Program-made: the position numbers and the translations under genes
Origin: a bacterium
Lineage (GTDB): Bacteria > Zhuqueibacterota > Zhuqueibacteria > Residuimicrobiales > Krinioviventaceae
Reading direction: 5' to 3'
NCBI GenBank assembly: GCA_963693055.1
Contig: OY843751.1
Span: forward strand, 3,200,001 to 3,264,000
Length of the DNA stretch: 64,000 bases
The notes under the pieces: generated by a model
What the model was told of the DNA's origin: nothing
Seen by the model: the letters and a program-made list of their open reading frames with translations, nothing else
Databases searched by the model: none
In this document: positions 1 through 10,542 of the stretch, one piece after another
Numbering within the stretch: position 1 is the first letter of the stretch
How the letters are laid out: each line of letters begins with the position of its first letter

Positions 1-372
1 AACAATAGGTACTAATTTTTTACGTAATTCAAGTGTGGTAAAGGGTTTACATATATAACTGTTTGCACCTGCATCAGAAGCATCAGTCATTTTCCCCATT
101 GTCTTTTCACTGGTGATCATAATAAATGGGATGGATTCAGTACCACCTTTTTCTCTCGCCCTGTTTACAAACTCAATTCCATCCATATTGGGCATATGGA
201 TATCTACAAAAGCAATATCAAACTTTTTGGGACTAAACTTTCTTAAAGCATCTTTACCATCTGAAGCTTCAGTGAAGATAAATTCAGCAAGCCCAGTTCG
301 TTTCAGATTTTCCATCACCATATTTCTCATTACTCGTGAGTCATCAACCACCAGAGCTCTTAGTTTAAGCAT
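1..372 (-). CDS. cheY: CheY-like single-domain response regulator, runs off window edge (not in ORF track)
   Basis: Manual translation MLKLRALVVDDSRVMRNMV...FVDIHMPNMDG...MITSE...YICKPF: intact DD, phospho-Asp, Thr and KP residues; lies downstream of fliA. Confidence 0.85.
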   Translation of the reverse strand, partial: MLKLRALVVDDSRVMRNMVMENLKRTGLAEFIFTEASDGKDALRKFSPKKFDIAFVDIHMPNMDGIEFVNRAREKGGTESIPFIMITSEKTMGKMTDASDAGANSYICKPFTTLELRKKLVPIV

Positions 373-408
373 ATTAAAAGTCTCCTATATTTATTTTTAT
401 TTTTTATT

Positions 409-738
409 TTATACAGAAAAATCCACCTTATTGCCAACATCTAAATCATCCGGTTTTCTATTTTGACTTTGCAAAGATTGTTCCTTTTCATCGTTTTCAC
501 TGAAATCTTTTTCTTCTGAATCATCATTTTTTTTACTTTTTTCGTAATGATCCTGAAATTTTTTATCTTTGTTTCTTTTTAAAATTTGTTTCTTCTGATC
601 AGGACCCTTGTTGGTAAATTCCAAGGAAGAATGGTCCGCAGAATTATCAGCCACATTGGTTTTAGGTGCTTCTACTACCTTTTCCAGATGTGAAACATGT
701 ATATTGATATTTTGAGGTATGTCCACAGGTGTTGACAT
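409..738 (-). CDS. hypothetical charged protein, flagellar-cluster associated
   Basis: 109-aa ORF co-oriented between fliA and cheY; ends GNKVDFSV. Confidence 0.7.
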   Translation of the reverse strand: MSTPVDIPQNINIHVSHLEKVVEAPKTNVADNSADHSSLEFTNKGPDQKKQILKRNKDKKFQDHYEKSKKNDDSEEKDFSENDEKEQSLQSQNRKPDDLDVGNKVDFSV

Positions 739-765
739 ACAGTCACCTTTAAATCAATTAAAACG

Positions 766-1542
766 TTATACATGATGTAAATCACGCTTTATTATCTTTG
801 TTTTTAAAAGCAATAAAGATTGTGCGTGAATTTGACAAACACGAGACTCTGTAACATCAAGAACAGATGCAATATCAGCCAAATTCAAACCTTCATAATA
901 ATAAAGTGTTAAAACCAGTCTTTCCTTAGTGGGCAGATCCTTTAAAATACCTTTTATCTGCTTTTCCAGTTCTTCAGTAGATTGGCGCCAATAATCATCA
1001 TCCTGATGATTTTCAACAAAGTTGTCAAGACTGGCGTTACCCTCTTCATGCTGAAAAACAATATCTTGCAAAGAAACAAATCTGTCGGTATATACAGATT
1101 CTAAAATTTTTCGATACTCATCAACAGATATATCAAGCTTTTCTGCAACTTCATCTTCAGTTGGGTTTCGGACCAATTTATTCTGAAGCTCAGCAATTGC
1201 TTTATATACTGATTTTACATTACTGCGAACCTTGCGGGGCGCCCAGTCAATTTCTCTCAATACATCAAGTATTGCACCTCGTATCCTGAATGTAGCAAAT
1301 GTAGTAAATTTAATATTTCGATCAGGATCAAAACGATCAATCGCTTCAATAAGTCCTATAGTGCCAGCGCTTACCAGATCTTCCCAATCGATAACACCGG
1401 AATTATATGACTGAAATCCTTTTGCTACATACCCTACAAGATGTTGGTAATGATAAACCAACTTGTCCCGTAATGAACGGTTTTTTGTTTCAACATATTC
1501 TTGCCATAAATTATTTAAATTTTCTTCTGACATTACATTCAA
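766..1542 (-). CDS. fliA: RNA polymerase sigma-28 factor FliA/WhiG
   Basis: EDLVSAGTIGLIEAIDRFDP...RIRGAILDVLREIDWAPR and TESRVCQIH motifs. Confidence 0.95.
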   Translation of the reverse strand: MNVMSEENLNNLWQEYVETKNRSLRDKLVYHYQHLVGYVAKGFQSYNSGVIDWEDLVSAGTIGLIEAIDRFDPDRNIKFTTFATFRIRGAILDVLREIDWAPRKVRSNVKSVYKAIAELQNKLVRNPTEDEVAEKLDISVDEYRKILESVYTDRFVSLQDIVFQHEEGNASLDNFVENHQDDDYWRQSTEELEKQIKGILKDLPTKERLVLTLYYYEGLNLADIASVLDVTESRVCQIHAQSLLLLKTKIIKRDLHHV

Positions 1543-1566
1543 ATCCGGTTTTCAAGCATCCCGTAA

Positions 1567-1833
1567 TTATACATTCATTGCAGCCTTTTCAGACTTTACA
1601 TTTTCAGTTTCCATAGATTCATAATTTTCTTCAGAATCCGGTACTTCGTCATCATCCGCAGTTTTCATGGTTACTGAAGTTAAACCCATTGCTGCATAAC
1701 CTATTAAATTTGTAGCAACAAAAATGACAACGGTCTTCCAAATGGTTGCTTCAAAATCAGCACCAGTAAACATGCAATACACTAAAATGAGTAATGCAAT
1801 CAATCCGCTTAACGATGTAATAATATCTTTCAT
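1567..1833 (-). CDS. hypothetical small membrane protein (2 TM, acidic tail)
   Basis: 88-aa ORF with RBS (GAGGA) between flhG and fliA. Confidence 0.7.
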   Translation of the reverse strand: MKDIITSLSGLIALLILVYCMFTGADFEATIWKTVVIFVATNLIGYAAMGLTSVTMKTADDDEVPDSEENYESMETENVKSEKAAMNV

Positions 1834-1848
1834 GACTGTTCCTCAATT

Positions 1849-2664
1849 TTATACGGTTTGATTGTTTTCGACAGTATTTCCAATTAATATTTTTGCAACA
1901 TTTATCATATTTTGACTAGCAACAGAATTTTTATTTAGAAATAAAAAGGGCTCTTGTTTGATTACCGCTTGTCTGACAGCCTGGTCAAATAACAGATAAC
2001 CGGCAATACCTACACTTGTATCGAGAAAATGTTCCAAAACAAGAGACAACCTTTGGTACACATCGGTAACTTCTGAAGGTGATGTGACCATATTCAACAA
2101 GAGATCAATTGATATATTCTTTTTCATCGAATTTAAAATTTTAATCATAGCATAAGTATCATTAATAGCCGTTGGTTCCGATGTAGTTATCAAAATAACC
2201 TTGTCAGCTTTGATAGATATTTCTAAAGATATAGGCGACAATCCGCCAGCAGTATCTATAATGATATAATCATATTTATGGCGTAACTTGAAAAACAACT
2301 CGAATATTCTTGAATTTAAACTTTTATCAAGATCAAGCCAATTGCGATTACCAGAACTATTGGGAAGTATAGATATTCCACTTGAATGTTTAATGATAAT
2401 TTTCTCAACGTCAATGTCATCAAGTATATAGTTTAAAAAATTAAACTTTGGGTTCATACCTAACAAAATGTCAATATTTGCAAGATTTGTATCTGCATCT
2501 ATTACCAACACGTTTTTTCCCAGTCTGGCTAATGCAATTGCCAAGTTGACAGATACATTTGATTTTCCTACTCCACCTTTTCCACTTGTAACAGCAATAG
2601 TCTTAGCCTGAGACTTGGAACTAGAGTTGATCATTTCCTTTATATGTTTCAACTGGTCTTGCAT
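1849..2664 (-). CDS. flhG: MinD/ParA-family flagellar number regulator FlhG/FleN
   Basis: Deviant Walker A SGKGGVGKS, IDADT, IDTAGG, EPTA; follows flhF. Confidence 0.92.
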   Translation of the reverse strand: MQDQLKHIKEMINSSSKSQAKTIAVTSGKGGVGKSNVSVNLAIALARLGKNVLVIDADTNLANIDILLGMNPKFNFLNYILDDIDVEKIIIKHSSGISILPNSSGNRNWLDLDKSLNSRIFELFFKLRHKYDYIIIDTAGGLSPISLEISIKADKVILITTSEPTAINDTYAMIKILNSMKKNISIDLLLNMVTSPSEVTDVYQRLSLVLEHFLDTSVGIAGYLLFDQAVRQAVIKQEPFLFLNKNSVASQNMINVAKILIGNTVENNQTV

Positions 2665-2667
2665 GTT

Positions 2668-4125
2668 TTACCCTTTAAGAATCATGTGAGATAATTTACT
2701 TTCATTCGCATAATCAACATCATCAGGTATAATTGAACCATTGCCCAAATAAGAGAGGGGCTTTTGCATCAAATTTGATATACCAATTACCGTACCAATT
2801 TTTTTAATTTTATCCAGATGAGTTAAAATAATTGCATTAAAATCAGTTTTTGCGTATTGCTTTGAAATGCTCTTAAATTCATCAACAGCCATTACCATAG
2901 ACAATGTTAAATATACCTGAGATTTTTTTATTTCTTTTAAATAAGTTTTTAAAACCTCAATATCTGAAACAGCAAAATCAATCACTACCTGGTCCTTGTC
3001 AGAATGGATCTTGAGCGCATTTTTCAGGTCATCAACCCCTGATATTATTGCAATTGGGAGCTTTGTAGCCAAAGAAAGTTGATTTAAATGCTGAATTGAC
3101 TTTTCCTGCTTATCACTTACCAGTATCAGGGCAACTTTTTTATTCTCAAATAAAGCTGTTTTTAAAGCTATCTTCATACTGGTCAAAGTTTTTCCGCTTT
3201 TTTCAGGACCAATTAAGGATATAATTTGTGCCCCTTCATTTTTAGGATTATAAACTTTGATATTTTTTTTCAACTCTTCAATAATCAGAGTTTTTAGCTC
3301 TTGAATTTCCAAAGAAGAATCAAAATTCCACTTGTTATCGGTACATTTTTTCTCAACAGTGGCAACAATTTCTTCTGCAGTTGCTTTATCTACTCCCCTG
3401 TCAATCAAGCGTTTGTTGATATTTTTATAAAAAATTTTCAACGATTCATCATTCTGTATCGTTTGCGGGGCAGAATTTTGTTCCTGCTTTTGTTTTTTCA
3501 ACTCATCAGCGCGTTTTTTAAGTTCACTCAATTCCTGGCGCAATATAGATTCTTTTAAATCTACCAATTGTTTTTTAAGCGAATCCAATTGTTTTTCATG
3601 CTCAATCCATATCTTGCGCTGCTCATGTGTGGTTTTCAATTCTTCTTTTAACAATTGAGAAAATTCTTTTGCTGTTTGAGTTGCTTCTTCAATCTGCTGA
3701 ATGCGTTGTTTTTCAAGTTCTTTGATAAAAGCATCATCAACCTTTGGTTCAACTTTAACTTTTTCCGGCTCTTTTACAGATTTCACCTCAGGAGCTGGTT
3801 TTTCTTCGCTTTCCTTAACAAGACTGTTAATATCAAATGAACCCGCTCTGCTATAAGATTCGATCTCTCCAAGTGTTGGAGATGATTTCCGGGGTTTAGT
3901 TTGAGGTTTGGGTTGCAATTTTGATCGCAACTCTTGATCTTTTTGGATAACTTCATCAAGCCAGGAGTTCCCGGTCTTTTGTTGTTCCTGATCACGGGCA
4001 GCAATAACCTCAATGCCCTCTTTGGTTGTTCGGGTATTTAAAATCACTGCATCATCACCTAATTTTAGTTTAATTTTATCTAATGCTTCACGCATTGTTG
4101 CAGCTTTAATTCTCTCAACTCTCAT
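2668..4125 (-). CDS. flhF: FlhF-like SRP-family protein with degenerate GTPase motifs
   Basis: N-terminal TMREALDKIKLKLGDDAVIL..IEVIAA, C-terminal PLSYLGNGSIIPDD, position between flhA and flhG. Confidence 0.85.
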   Translation of the reverse strand: MRVERIKAATMREALDKIKLKLGDDAVILNTRTTKEGIEVIAARDQEQQKTGNSWLDEVIQKDQELRSKLQPKPQTKPRKSSPTLGEIESYSRAGSFDINSLVKESEEKPAPEVKSVKEPEKVKVEPKVDDAFIKELEKQRIQQIEEATQTAKEFSQLLKEELKTTHEQRKIWIEHEKQLDSLKKQLVDLKESILRQELSELKKRADELKKQKQEQNSAPQTIQNDESLKIFYKNINKRLIDRGVDKATAEEIVATVEKKCTDNKWNFDSSLEIQELKTLIIEELKKNIKVYNPKNEGAQIISLIGPEKSGKTLTSMKIALKTALFENKKVALILVSDKQEKSIQHLNQLSLATKLPIAIISGVDDLKNALKIHSDKDQVVIDFAVSDIEVLKTYLKEIKKSQVYLTLSMVMAVDEFKSISKQYAKTDFNAIILTHLDKIKKIGTVIGISNLMQKPLSYLGNGSIIPDDVDYANESKLSHMILKG

Positions 4126-6193
4126 TATTCAGACTCACAGTTCCTAGTGATTGAATTTCCACCTGAGCTGGTATTTCAGCAAAGGACAAAATAATTAAAG
4201 ATTTAAAAATTGGTTCTATCAAACGTCTCAAATAAGGCCTAAGGGTTGGTGACGTAATTACGATTGGCTGCTGGCCTTCATCTTCAAGCTTGTTAATGGC
4301 TCCAGATAAAACTGTCAACAAACGTTGCAAAACTTCTGTAGACAGTGCAAATCCCAATCCCTGCGTATTCATAACACCTGCTTTTTTAGCTTCCTGAATT
4401 GCATTATTTAATGTCATTTCAAGTCTTTGATCAAGTGTTAACGCACTAATTTTCCCTTCTATATCCAGATATTGCGAAACAATACTTCTTCCCAATGCCT
4501 GTCTGACATGTTCTGTCAATAAATCAAGATCTTTGACAGTAGTAATATTATCTGCAATGGTTGTAAGAATAGTTGCAAGATCACGGATAGAAACGCGTTC
4601 ACTTAGCAGGTTCTTTAATATGCGTTCAATTGAACCCATGCTAACAAGACCAGGAATCACTTCGTTAACCAGAGAGGCCTGGTCACGTTTCAAATTTTCA
4701 ATCAGTTCATGCACATCCTGTCTTGTTAAAATTAAATCAGAATGTGATTTTAATACTTCAGCAAGATGTGTGCCCAATACTGCACCCGGGGCCACCAGGG
4801 TGTAACCGGCAATTTCTGCTTTATCTTTTTCCTCTCCCCTAACCCATACTGCAGGCAAACCAAAGGCAGGTTCTTTAACTTTAACGCCACCCAGATCATC
4901 AATATCGCCACCAGGATTCAATGCAAGGTAATGACCCAGTTTAAGTGTATTGCTTGCAACTTCGTTGCCTCGAATTAATATCATGTATTCATTTGGTTTT
5001 AGCTGCATATTGTCACGAATTCGTATAGGGGGAATAACAATACCCAAATCCATTGCGCATTGCTTTCGTATTTGCGTAATACGAGCCAATAAATCGCCAT
5101 GTTGTTCAACGTCAACAAGTGGTATCAAATTATATCCAATTTCCAGTTCAACAGCATCTACATGCAAATAGTCTTGAATTTCTGCTTCTTTATCCACTTC
5201 AACAGGAGGTTCTTCTTCAACAACTTCTTCCTGTGGACGGGTTTTAATTACCCAGCCAATAGCCCCCAAACTTGCAGACATTAACGAAAATGGCAGAAAA
5301 GGCAAGCCTGGTGTAATTGCAAGAAACAACAAAACGCCTGAAGCAATAAAAGCAACACGTGGATTAATAAACAACTGAGATGAAAGATCAACACCCAAGC
5401 TTTCTTCAGAGGCTGAGCGGGTAACAATCATACCGGCTGCGGTTGAAATAATCAATGCGGGAATTTGAGAAACCAAACCATCACCAACGGTAAGCATGGT
5501 ATAAGTAGCTAGTGATTCAGTAAAACTCATATTCAGTTGAACAATACCAACAATAAATCCACCAACAATGTTTAACGCGGTAATAATAATACCCGCAATT
5601 GCATCACCTCGAACAAATTTGCTGGCACCATCCATAGCTCCATAAAAATCAGCTTCTCTTGAAATATCTTCTCTTCGTTTGCGAGCTTCAGATTCTTCAA
5701 TCATACCCGCGTTTAGATCAGCATCAATACTCATCTGCTTGCCTGGCATAGAATCAAGAGTAAATCTTGCTGCAACTTCGGCTACACGTCCCGCACCTTT
5801 GGTGATAACAATAAAATTGATCAATACAAGAATCAGAAAGATAATAAAACCAACAACATAATTCCCTTTTACAACAAAATCACCAAATGCGGTAATAATT
5901 TTACCGGCATATCCGTCACCCAAAATCAAACGAGTGGTTGCCACATTTAAAGACAATCGGAATATAGTTATGATCAATAATAAACCCGGAAAAACTGAAA
6001 ACTGTAAAGGCTTGGTGATATACATTGAAACAAGCAAAATGACAATTGCTAATGTAATATTTAAAGCAAGCATCAAATCCATTAAAACCGTGGGTATTGG
6101 CATCAACATAACAATCAGAATACCAATAACACTGATTGCCATTGCAACATCACTATTTTTTGCTAAAAATGTTAAATTAAAACCCTTGGGCAT
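4115..6193 (-). CDS. flhA: flagellar export gate protein FlhA
   Basis: RVAEVAARFTLDSMPGKQMSIDADL, FYGAMDGASKFVRGDAIAG. Confidence 0.98.
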   Translation of the reverse strand: MPKGFNLTFLAKNSDVAMAISVIGILIVMLMPIPTVLMDLMLALNITLAIVILLVSMYITKPLQFSVFPGLLLIITIFRLSLNVATTRLILGDGYAGKIITAFGDFVVKGNYVVGFIIFLILVLINFIVITKGAGRVAEVAARFTLDSMPGKQMSIDADLNAGMIEESEARKRREDISREADFYGAMDGASKFVRGDAIAGIIITALNIVGGFIVGIVQLNMSFTESLATYTMLTVGDGLVSQIPALIISTAAGMIVTRSASEESLGVDLSSQLFINPRVAFIASGVLLFLAITPGLPFLPFSLMSASLGAIGWVIKTRPQEEVVEEEPPVEVDKEAEIQDYLHVDAVELEIGYNLIPLVDVEQHGDLLARITQIRKQCAMDLGIVIPPIRIRDNMQLKPNEYMILIRGNEVASNTLKLGHYLALNPGGDIDDLGGVKVKEPAFGLPAVWVRGEEKDKAEIAGYTLVAPGAVLGTHLAEVLKSHSDLILTRQDVHELIENLKRDQASLVNEVIPGLVSMGSIERILKNLLSERVSIRDLATILTTIADNITTVKDLDLLTEHVRQALGRSIVSQYLDIEGKISALTLDQRLEMTLNNAIQEAKKAGVMNTQGLGFALSTEVLQRLLTVLSGAINKLEDEGQQPIVITSPTLRPYLRRLIEPIFKSLIILSFAEIPAQVEIQSLGTVSLNNES

Positions 6194-6205
6194 ATATTAC
6201 TCCGT

Positions 6206-7270
6206 TCAAGCCTTTTTCTTCATTTGATATACTTGTGCCAGGATCTCAGCAACGACCTGATACAATTCTACAGGTATTTCATGACCAACTTCTGCGGTCT
6301 TGTACAATAACCGAGCTACAATCGGTTTTTCAATTATAGGAATGTCATTTTCTTTAGCAATTTCTCTAATCTTTAATGCAATCTTGCGCATACCTTTAGC
6401 AACAACTATTGGCGCAGACATTTTATTTGAATCAAATTTAAGTGCAACAGCATAATGTGTTGGGTTGGTTATAACGACATCCGCAGTGGGCACATCACTC
6501 ATCATACGATTTCTGGCCTGTTCTCGTTGTATTGCACGTATTCTGGATTTGACAAGCGGATCACCTTCAGACTGCTTCATTTCTTCTTTAATTTCCTGCT
6601 TGGTCATTCTCAGGTTTTTCTCATATTCATATTTCTGATATGCAAAATCCAGAATGGCAAGAAGAATAAAAACCATACCCACTCTAAAAATCAATTTTAA
6701 ACTGAGACTGCCAATAAAAGCTGTAATCTGGCTGATATCCTGATTTACAAGTTTAAAAAATTCATCCATTTCGCCTTTAATTGTTATATAACCCACAATG
6801 ACGATAACTGTCATCTTTAACACATTCTTTATCAATTCAACAAATGATCTTAGAGAAAAAAGACGTTTAAAACCAGATATGGGTGAAATTTTTTCCAATT
6901 TGGGTTCAATAGATTGTGTAGAGATGGTAACTCCAGATTGAATGACATTTGCAGCAACACCCGCCACCATAATGGTTAACAAAAATGGTCCCAATATAAA
7001 AGCGAATGCTATACCAGCGTCCTGAGCCAGTTGAGGCATATTATTAACTGTCAATTCAATTGTACCAAAATCTCTAAATATACTAGAAATAAAAACTTTG
7101 ATACCATTAAACATATGCTTGCCAAAGATGACAAAACCCAAGCCCGAGATCAACAAAATCACTGCCGAGTTGACCTCGTTACTTCGGGGAATGTTACCTT
7201 TTTCTCGCGCCTCCTGCTTTTTCTTAGGAGTCGCCTGCTCTGTACGTTCCTGAAAGGATTCTTCTGGCAT
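6206..7270 (-). CDS. flhB: flagellar export switch protein FlhB
   Basis: ERTEQATPKK, EGDPLVK, ITNPTHYAVAL autocleavage motif. Confidence 0.98.
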   Translation of the reverse strand: MPEESFQERTEQATPKKKQEAREKGNIPRSNEVNSAVILLISGLGFVIFGKHMFNGIKVFISSIFRDFGTIELTVNNMPQLAQDAGIAFAFILGPFLLTIMVAGVAANVIQSGVTISTQSIEPKLEKISPISGFKRLFSLRSFVELIKNVLKMTVIVIVGYITIKGEMDEFFKLVNQDISQITAFIGSLSLKLIFRVGMVFILLAILDFAYQKYEYEKNLRMTKQEIKEEMKQSEGDPLVKSRIRAIQREQARNRMMSDVPTADVVITNPTHYAVALKFDSNKMSAPIVVAKGMRKIALKIREIAKENDIPIIEKPIVARLLYKTAEVGHEIPVELYQVVAEILAQVYQMKKKA

Positions 7271-7283
7271 TTACAGTCTCTAC

Positions 7284-8063
7284 TTAGTTTTGCATCAATC
7301 GCATTAATTGAAAAAAATCAGTTTGAAATTTATGAAAAACACTGGCAAAAAAGTAAGCAAACAATGGTAATGAAATTGCCATTGCGGCCAGCCCCATAGC
7401 AATTTTTAAGGGCATACCTACAAAGAACACATTCATTTGAGGTACCGCACGGGCAACCAGACCCAAGGCTACACTTGTTAATAATAAAGATACAATAATA
7501 GGTGCACCAATTTTAATAGCTGCAACAAATATATCTGCAGCTACTGACATGTGAAGATCAACAATACCTACTCTAAAAGTTGCTGTTGAAGGAGGAATTA
7601 CCTGAAAACTTTTATACAGCCCTTCAACCAGAAAATGATGTCCGTCAATTGCTAAAAAAACCATCATAGCCAGATACAGATAAAATTGACCAACTATGGG
7701 AATTTGTCTGCTGGTTTGGGGATCATAAACATTTACAATACCAAATCCCATTTGCATAGACACCAATTGTCCCGCCAGTTCAACACATGCAAAAATCATA
7801 GACGCTAAAAATCCCAATACCAGTCCTACCAGTACCTCTTTAACAAGTACAAAAATGATTTGTGCAACAATTTCGGGAACAACCATTTGTGAAGAAATAA
7901 CCAATGGCGACATAATTAATGACAATACCAGGCTGATACCTATTTTAGCCTGAGTTGGAATATACAAGGAATTGAATACAGGAAATACGATCATTGCTGA
8001 AGATATTCTCAGCAATATCATCAAAAAGACAACGATTTCATTTTGTGTAATTCCTAATAACAT
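7284..8063 (-). CDS. fliR: flagellar export protein FliR
   Basis: ELAGQLVSMQMGF, DGHHFL, RAVPQMNVFFVGMPLK. Confidence 0.96.
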   Translation of the reverse strand: MLLGITQNEIVVFLMILLRISSAMIVFPVFNSLYIPTQAKIGISLVLSLIMSPLVISSQMVVPEIVAQIIFVLVKEVLVGLVLGFLASMIFACVELAGQLVSMQMGFGIVNVYDPQTSRQIPIVGQFYLYLAMMVFLAIDGHHFLVEGLYKSFQVIPPSTATFRVGIVDLHMSVAADIFVAAIKIGAPIIVSLLLTSVALGLVARAVPQMNVFFVGMPLKIAMGLAAMAISLPLFAYFFASVFHKFQTDFFQLMRLMQN

Positions 8064-8071
8064 TGATATTC

Positions 8072-8341
8072 CTATTTACTTATCATGGGTATTGTTTTAA
8101 ATAAATTGCTGGTAAAACCTACAAACTTGCCAATCATCCAGGGCAACAAGATCATCATGGTAAATACAATTGCCAAGATCTTGGGGATGAATGTAAGGGT
8201 CATTTCATGAATTTGAGTTACAGCTTGTAAAATTGAAACAGCAAGTCCTACCAGCAACCCTGCGAGCAACATGGGGGCCGCTATTATCAAAGTTGTCATA
8301 ATGGCCTGATTGGCCAATTCCAATACCATTTCCTGGGTCAT
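8072..8341 (-). CDS. fliQ: flagellar export protein FliQ
   Basis: QAVTQIHEMTLTFIPK. Confidence 0.97.
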   Translation of the reverse strand: MTQEMVLELANQAIMTTLIIAAPMLLAGLLVGLAVSILQAVTQIHEMTLTFIPKILAIVFTMMILLPWMIGKFVGFTSNLFKTIPMISK

Positions 8342-8353
8342 TGTATATTCCTA

Positions 8354-9106
8354 TTATTTAAATCCCGTAATGATTGATTCTACTATTAAATACCATCCAT
8401 CCACAAGTACAAAAAGCAATAACTTGAATGGTAAAGAGATGGATATAGGTGGTAACATCATCATACCCATTGACATTAGCACACTAGCTACAATCATATC
8501 CAGCATAAGAAAAGGTATGAATAACAGAAAACCAATCTGAAAAGCAATTCTAAATTCACTGATAATAAATGAGGGTATCAAAACTTGTGTGGGTACATCC
8601 TCAAAATCTTCAGGTTTTGATAAATTTGCCATTTTCATAAACAAACCTAAATCTTTTTCACGGGTTTGTTTAAACATGAACAACCGCAAGGGTTCCATAG
8701 CTTTTTGATAGGCTTCACCTTGACTTATTTGCTGATCAAGATAAGGCTGCAAAGCATTTGTGTTAATATCCTGCCAAACGGGTGCCATAATAAAAATGGT
8801 CAAAAACACTGCAAGACCAATCATCACCTGCGTTGGCGGAGCTTGTTGAGTACCCAATGCCTGTCTTAAAAAGGAAAAGACAATCATAACACGGGTGAAT
8901 GATGTAACCATGATCAATAATGCAGGAGCAAGTGAAAGCACAGTCAACAACAGAATAATCTGCAATGTTACAGCAACATCACCCGGATTTTGTGTCTGAT
9001 CTAATCCAATAGTAACCTTGGGAAGAGGTTGTGCATTGGCAAGTACCGGCAAGAAAAACAAAGTAATCAATACCAGTACAAAAATATGTTTATTCGTAAT
9101 TCGCAT
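8354..9106 (-). CDS. fliP: flagellar export protein FliP
   Basis: MVTSFTR, LRQALGTQQAPP, MGMMMLPP...LPFKLLLFVLVDGW. Confidence 0.98.
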   Translation of the reverse strand: MRITNKHIFVLVLITLFFLPVLANAQPLPKVTIGLDQTQNPGDVAVTLQIILLLTVLSLAPALLIMVTSFTRVMIVFSFLRQALGTQQAPPTQVMIGLAVFLTIFIMAPVWQDINTNALQPYLDQQISQGEAYQKAMEPLRLFMFKQTREKDLGLFMKMANLSKPEDFEDVPTQVLIPSFIISEFRIAFQIGFLLFIPFLMLDMIVASVLMSMGMMMLPPISISLPFKLLLFVLVDGWYLIVESIITGFK

Positions 9107-9107
9107 T

Positions 9108-9596
9108 TTAATGTTTTACCGATCCGCCAAGTTTCGACATTTGTTCTGAAAGGGATTTAGAAAATGGTTTGGCCTTTTCTTTTTTTTCTGCCAGTTCTTT
9201 TTTTTCATCTTCATCCAGTTCAAGCAAAAGGTTAATACCTGTTTCTGAAGCACCAATTAGTATTACACGGTTCATTACCTGTACAAGATGAATTTGACGT
9301 TTGGGGCCAACGGAAAGAGAATCTTGAATTGACATATTGTGGTATTTGTAATATCCGGATTGGGTTTTAGACTGTAGCCATTTTAAACCATAAACAAACA
9401 ACACAAGCAATACAATAACAACTGCTAATGATAAAATGGTTTTAAACAGTAATGCTGCAAAATTGAAATTCCCGGTAACCGGGGCAGATAGGACTTTAGT
9501 ACTGTCAGCTTTAACTTGCGCCAAACTAACAGAATTCACCAAAACCAGTAATATAGAAATAAAACTGGTCAAAAAGTATTTGACTCGTATTTTCAT
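9108..9596 (-). CDS. fliO: flagellar biosynthesis protein FliO/FliZ
   Basis: TM helix then SLSVGPKRQIHLVQV..ILIG..INLL; sits between fliN and fliP; start at ATG 9596 or TTG 9605. Confidence 0.85.
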   Translation of the reverse strand: MKIRVKYFLTSFISILLVLVNSVSLAQVKADSTKVLSAPVTGNFNFAALLFKTILSLAVVIVLLVLFVYGLKWLQSKTQSGYYKYHNMSIQDSLSVGPKRQIHLVQVMNRVILIGASETGINLLLELDEDEKKELAEKKEKAKPFSKSLSEQMSKLGGSVKH

Positions 9597-9624
9597 GTTT
9601 CCCAAAAAGTTGTATTAATAAAAA

Positions 9625-10503
9625 TCAAACGCGCAAAGAAGCAAACCTGTCTCGTTTGGCAACCAGCGACGTAATTCGAACAGCAAAGTTTTGATCAATA
9701 ACCACAACTTCGCCTTCAGCAAATTTTTTGTTGTTCACATACACTTCAACCGGCTCACCTGCAAATTTGTTCAGCTCCACAATACTTCCAGGTCCTAATG
9801 CCAGCATATCTTTAAGTGTCATCGTTACACGACCCAACTCTACAGTTACCAGCAGTTCAAGGTCATGTATAAAATCAATAGATTGTTGTGCGTCAATATG
9901 TTCTTCCGCATCAGAAAAATCTTCAAACTCGTCGTTTTCAACTCCACCATGCTCACCGGCTTGATCCTGATCGAAATATTCAGCCACTATGTCGGCAGGA
10001 ATCATGCGGACCAGAGTAATGTTGCTTTTTTCTCCAACCTGCATTTTGTAAAACGTGAGAACGCTTTCACTGAAAATCAAATCAATTGAACCATCCCATG
10101 CTGATAAAGCTGGACTATCAAAGTCTACACCCTTTGAAAGGACTTCATCAAAACATTGTTTTTTGATCATAGATAATTGCTCAGATACATCCATAATCAT
10201 TTGCATGGAATCCGGAATATTGGGTGTATTATCCCCTTCATCAGACAAATATCCCGTTAAATCAGGTAAAAGCTTACCATTAGCAAAATATGTGAGTCCT
10301 TTATCTTTACCGGGAATATTAAAATCCAGCCGTAGCGAAGGAACGCCTACAGTGTTTTTTAACAACTCGGGATTAAATACTTTGGAATTTTCAACAACAA
10401 TGTTAACTTTTTCATTAAAAATCGTTTCAAGCAGGTTTGATGCCTGATTGATAAATGCATTGTCGAAATTTTCCAATGTTGTAAAAACAGCTTCCTGATT
10501 CAA
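9625..10503 (-). CDS. fliN: flagellar switch protein FliN with N-terminal FliY/CheC-like extension
   Basis: C-terminal SpoA domain VTVELG...GSIVELNKFAGEPVEVYVN...AEGEVVVIDQNFAVRIT. Confidence 0.9.
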   Translation of the reverse strand: MNQEAVFTTLENFDNAFINQASNLLETIFNEKVNIVVENSKVFNPELLKNTVGVPSLRLDFNIPGKDKGLTYFANGKLLPDLTGYLSDEGDNTPNIPDSMQMIMDVSEQLSMIKKQCFDEVLSKGVDFDSPALSAWDGSIDLIFSESVLTFYKMQVGEKSNITLVRMIPADIVAEYFDQDQAGEHGGVENDEFEDFSDAEEHIDAQQSIDFIHDLELLVTVELGRVTMTLKDMLALGPGSIVELNKFAGEPVEVYVNNKKFAEGEVVVIDQNFAVRITSLVAKRDRFASLRV

Positions 10504-10542
10504 AACAGTCTCCTCAAAATTTGTTGCTAGTTCTATTTGATA

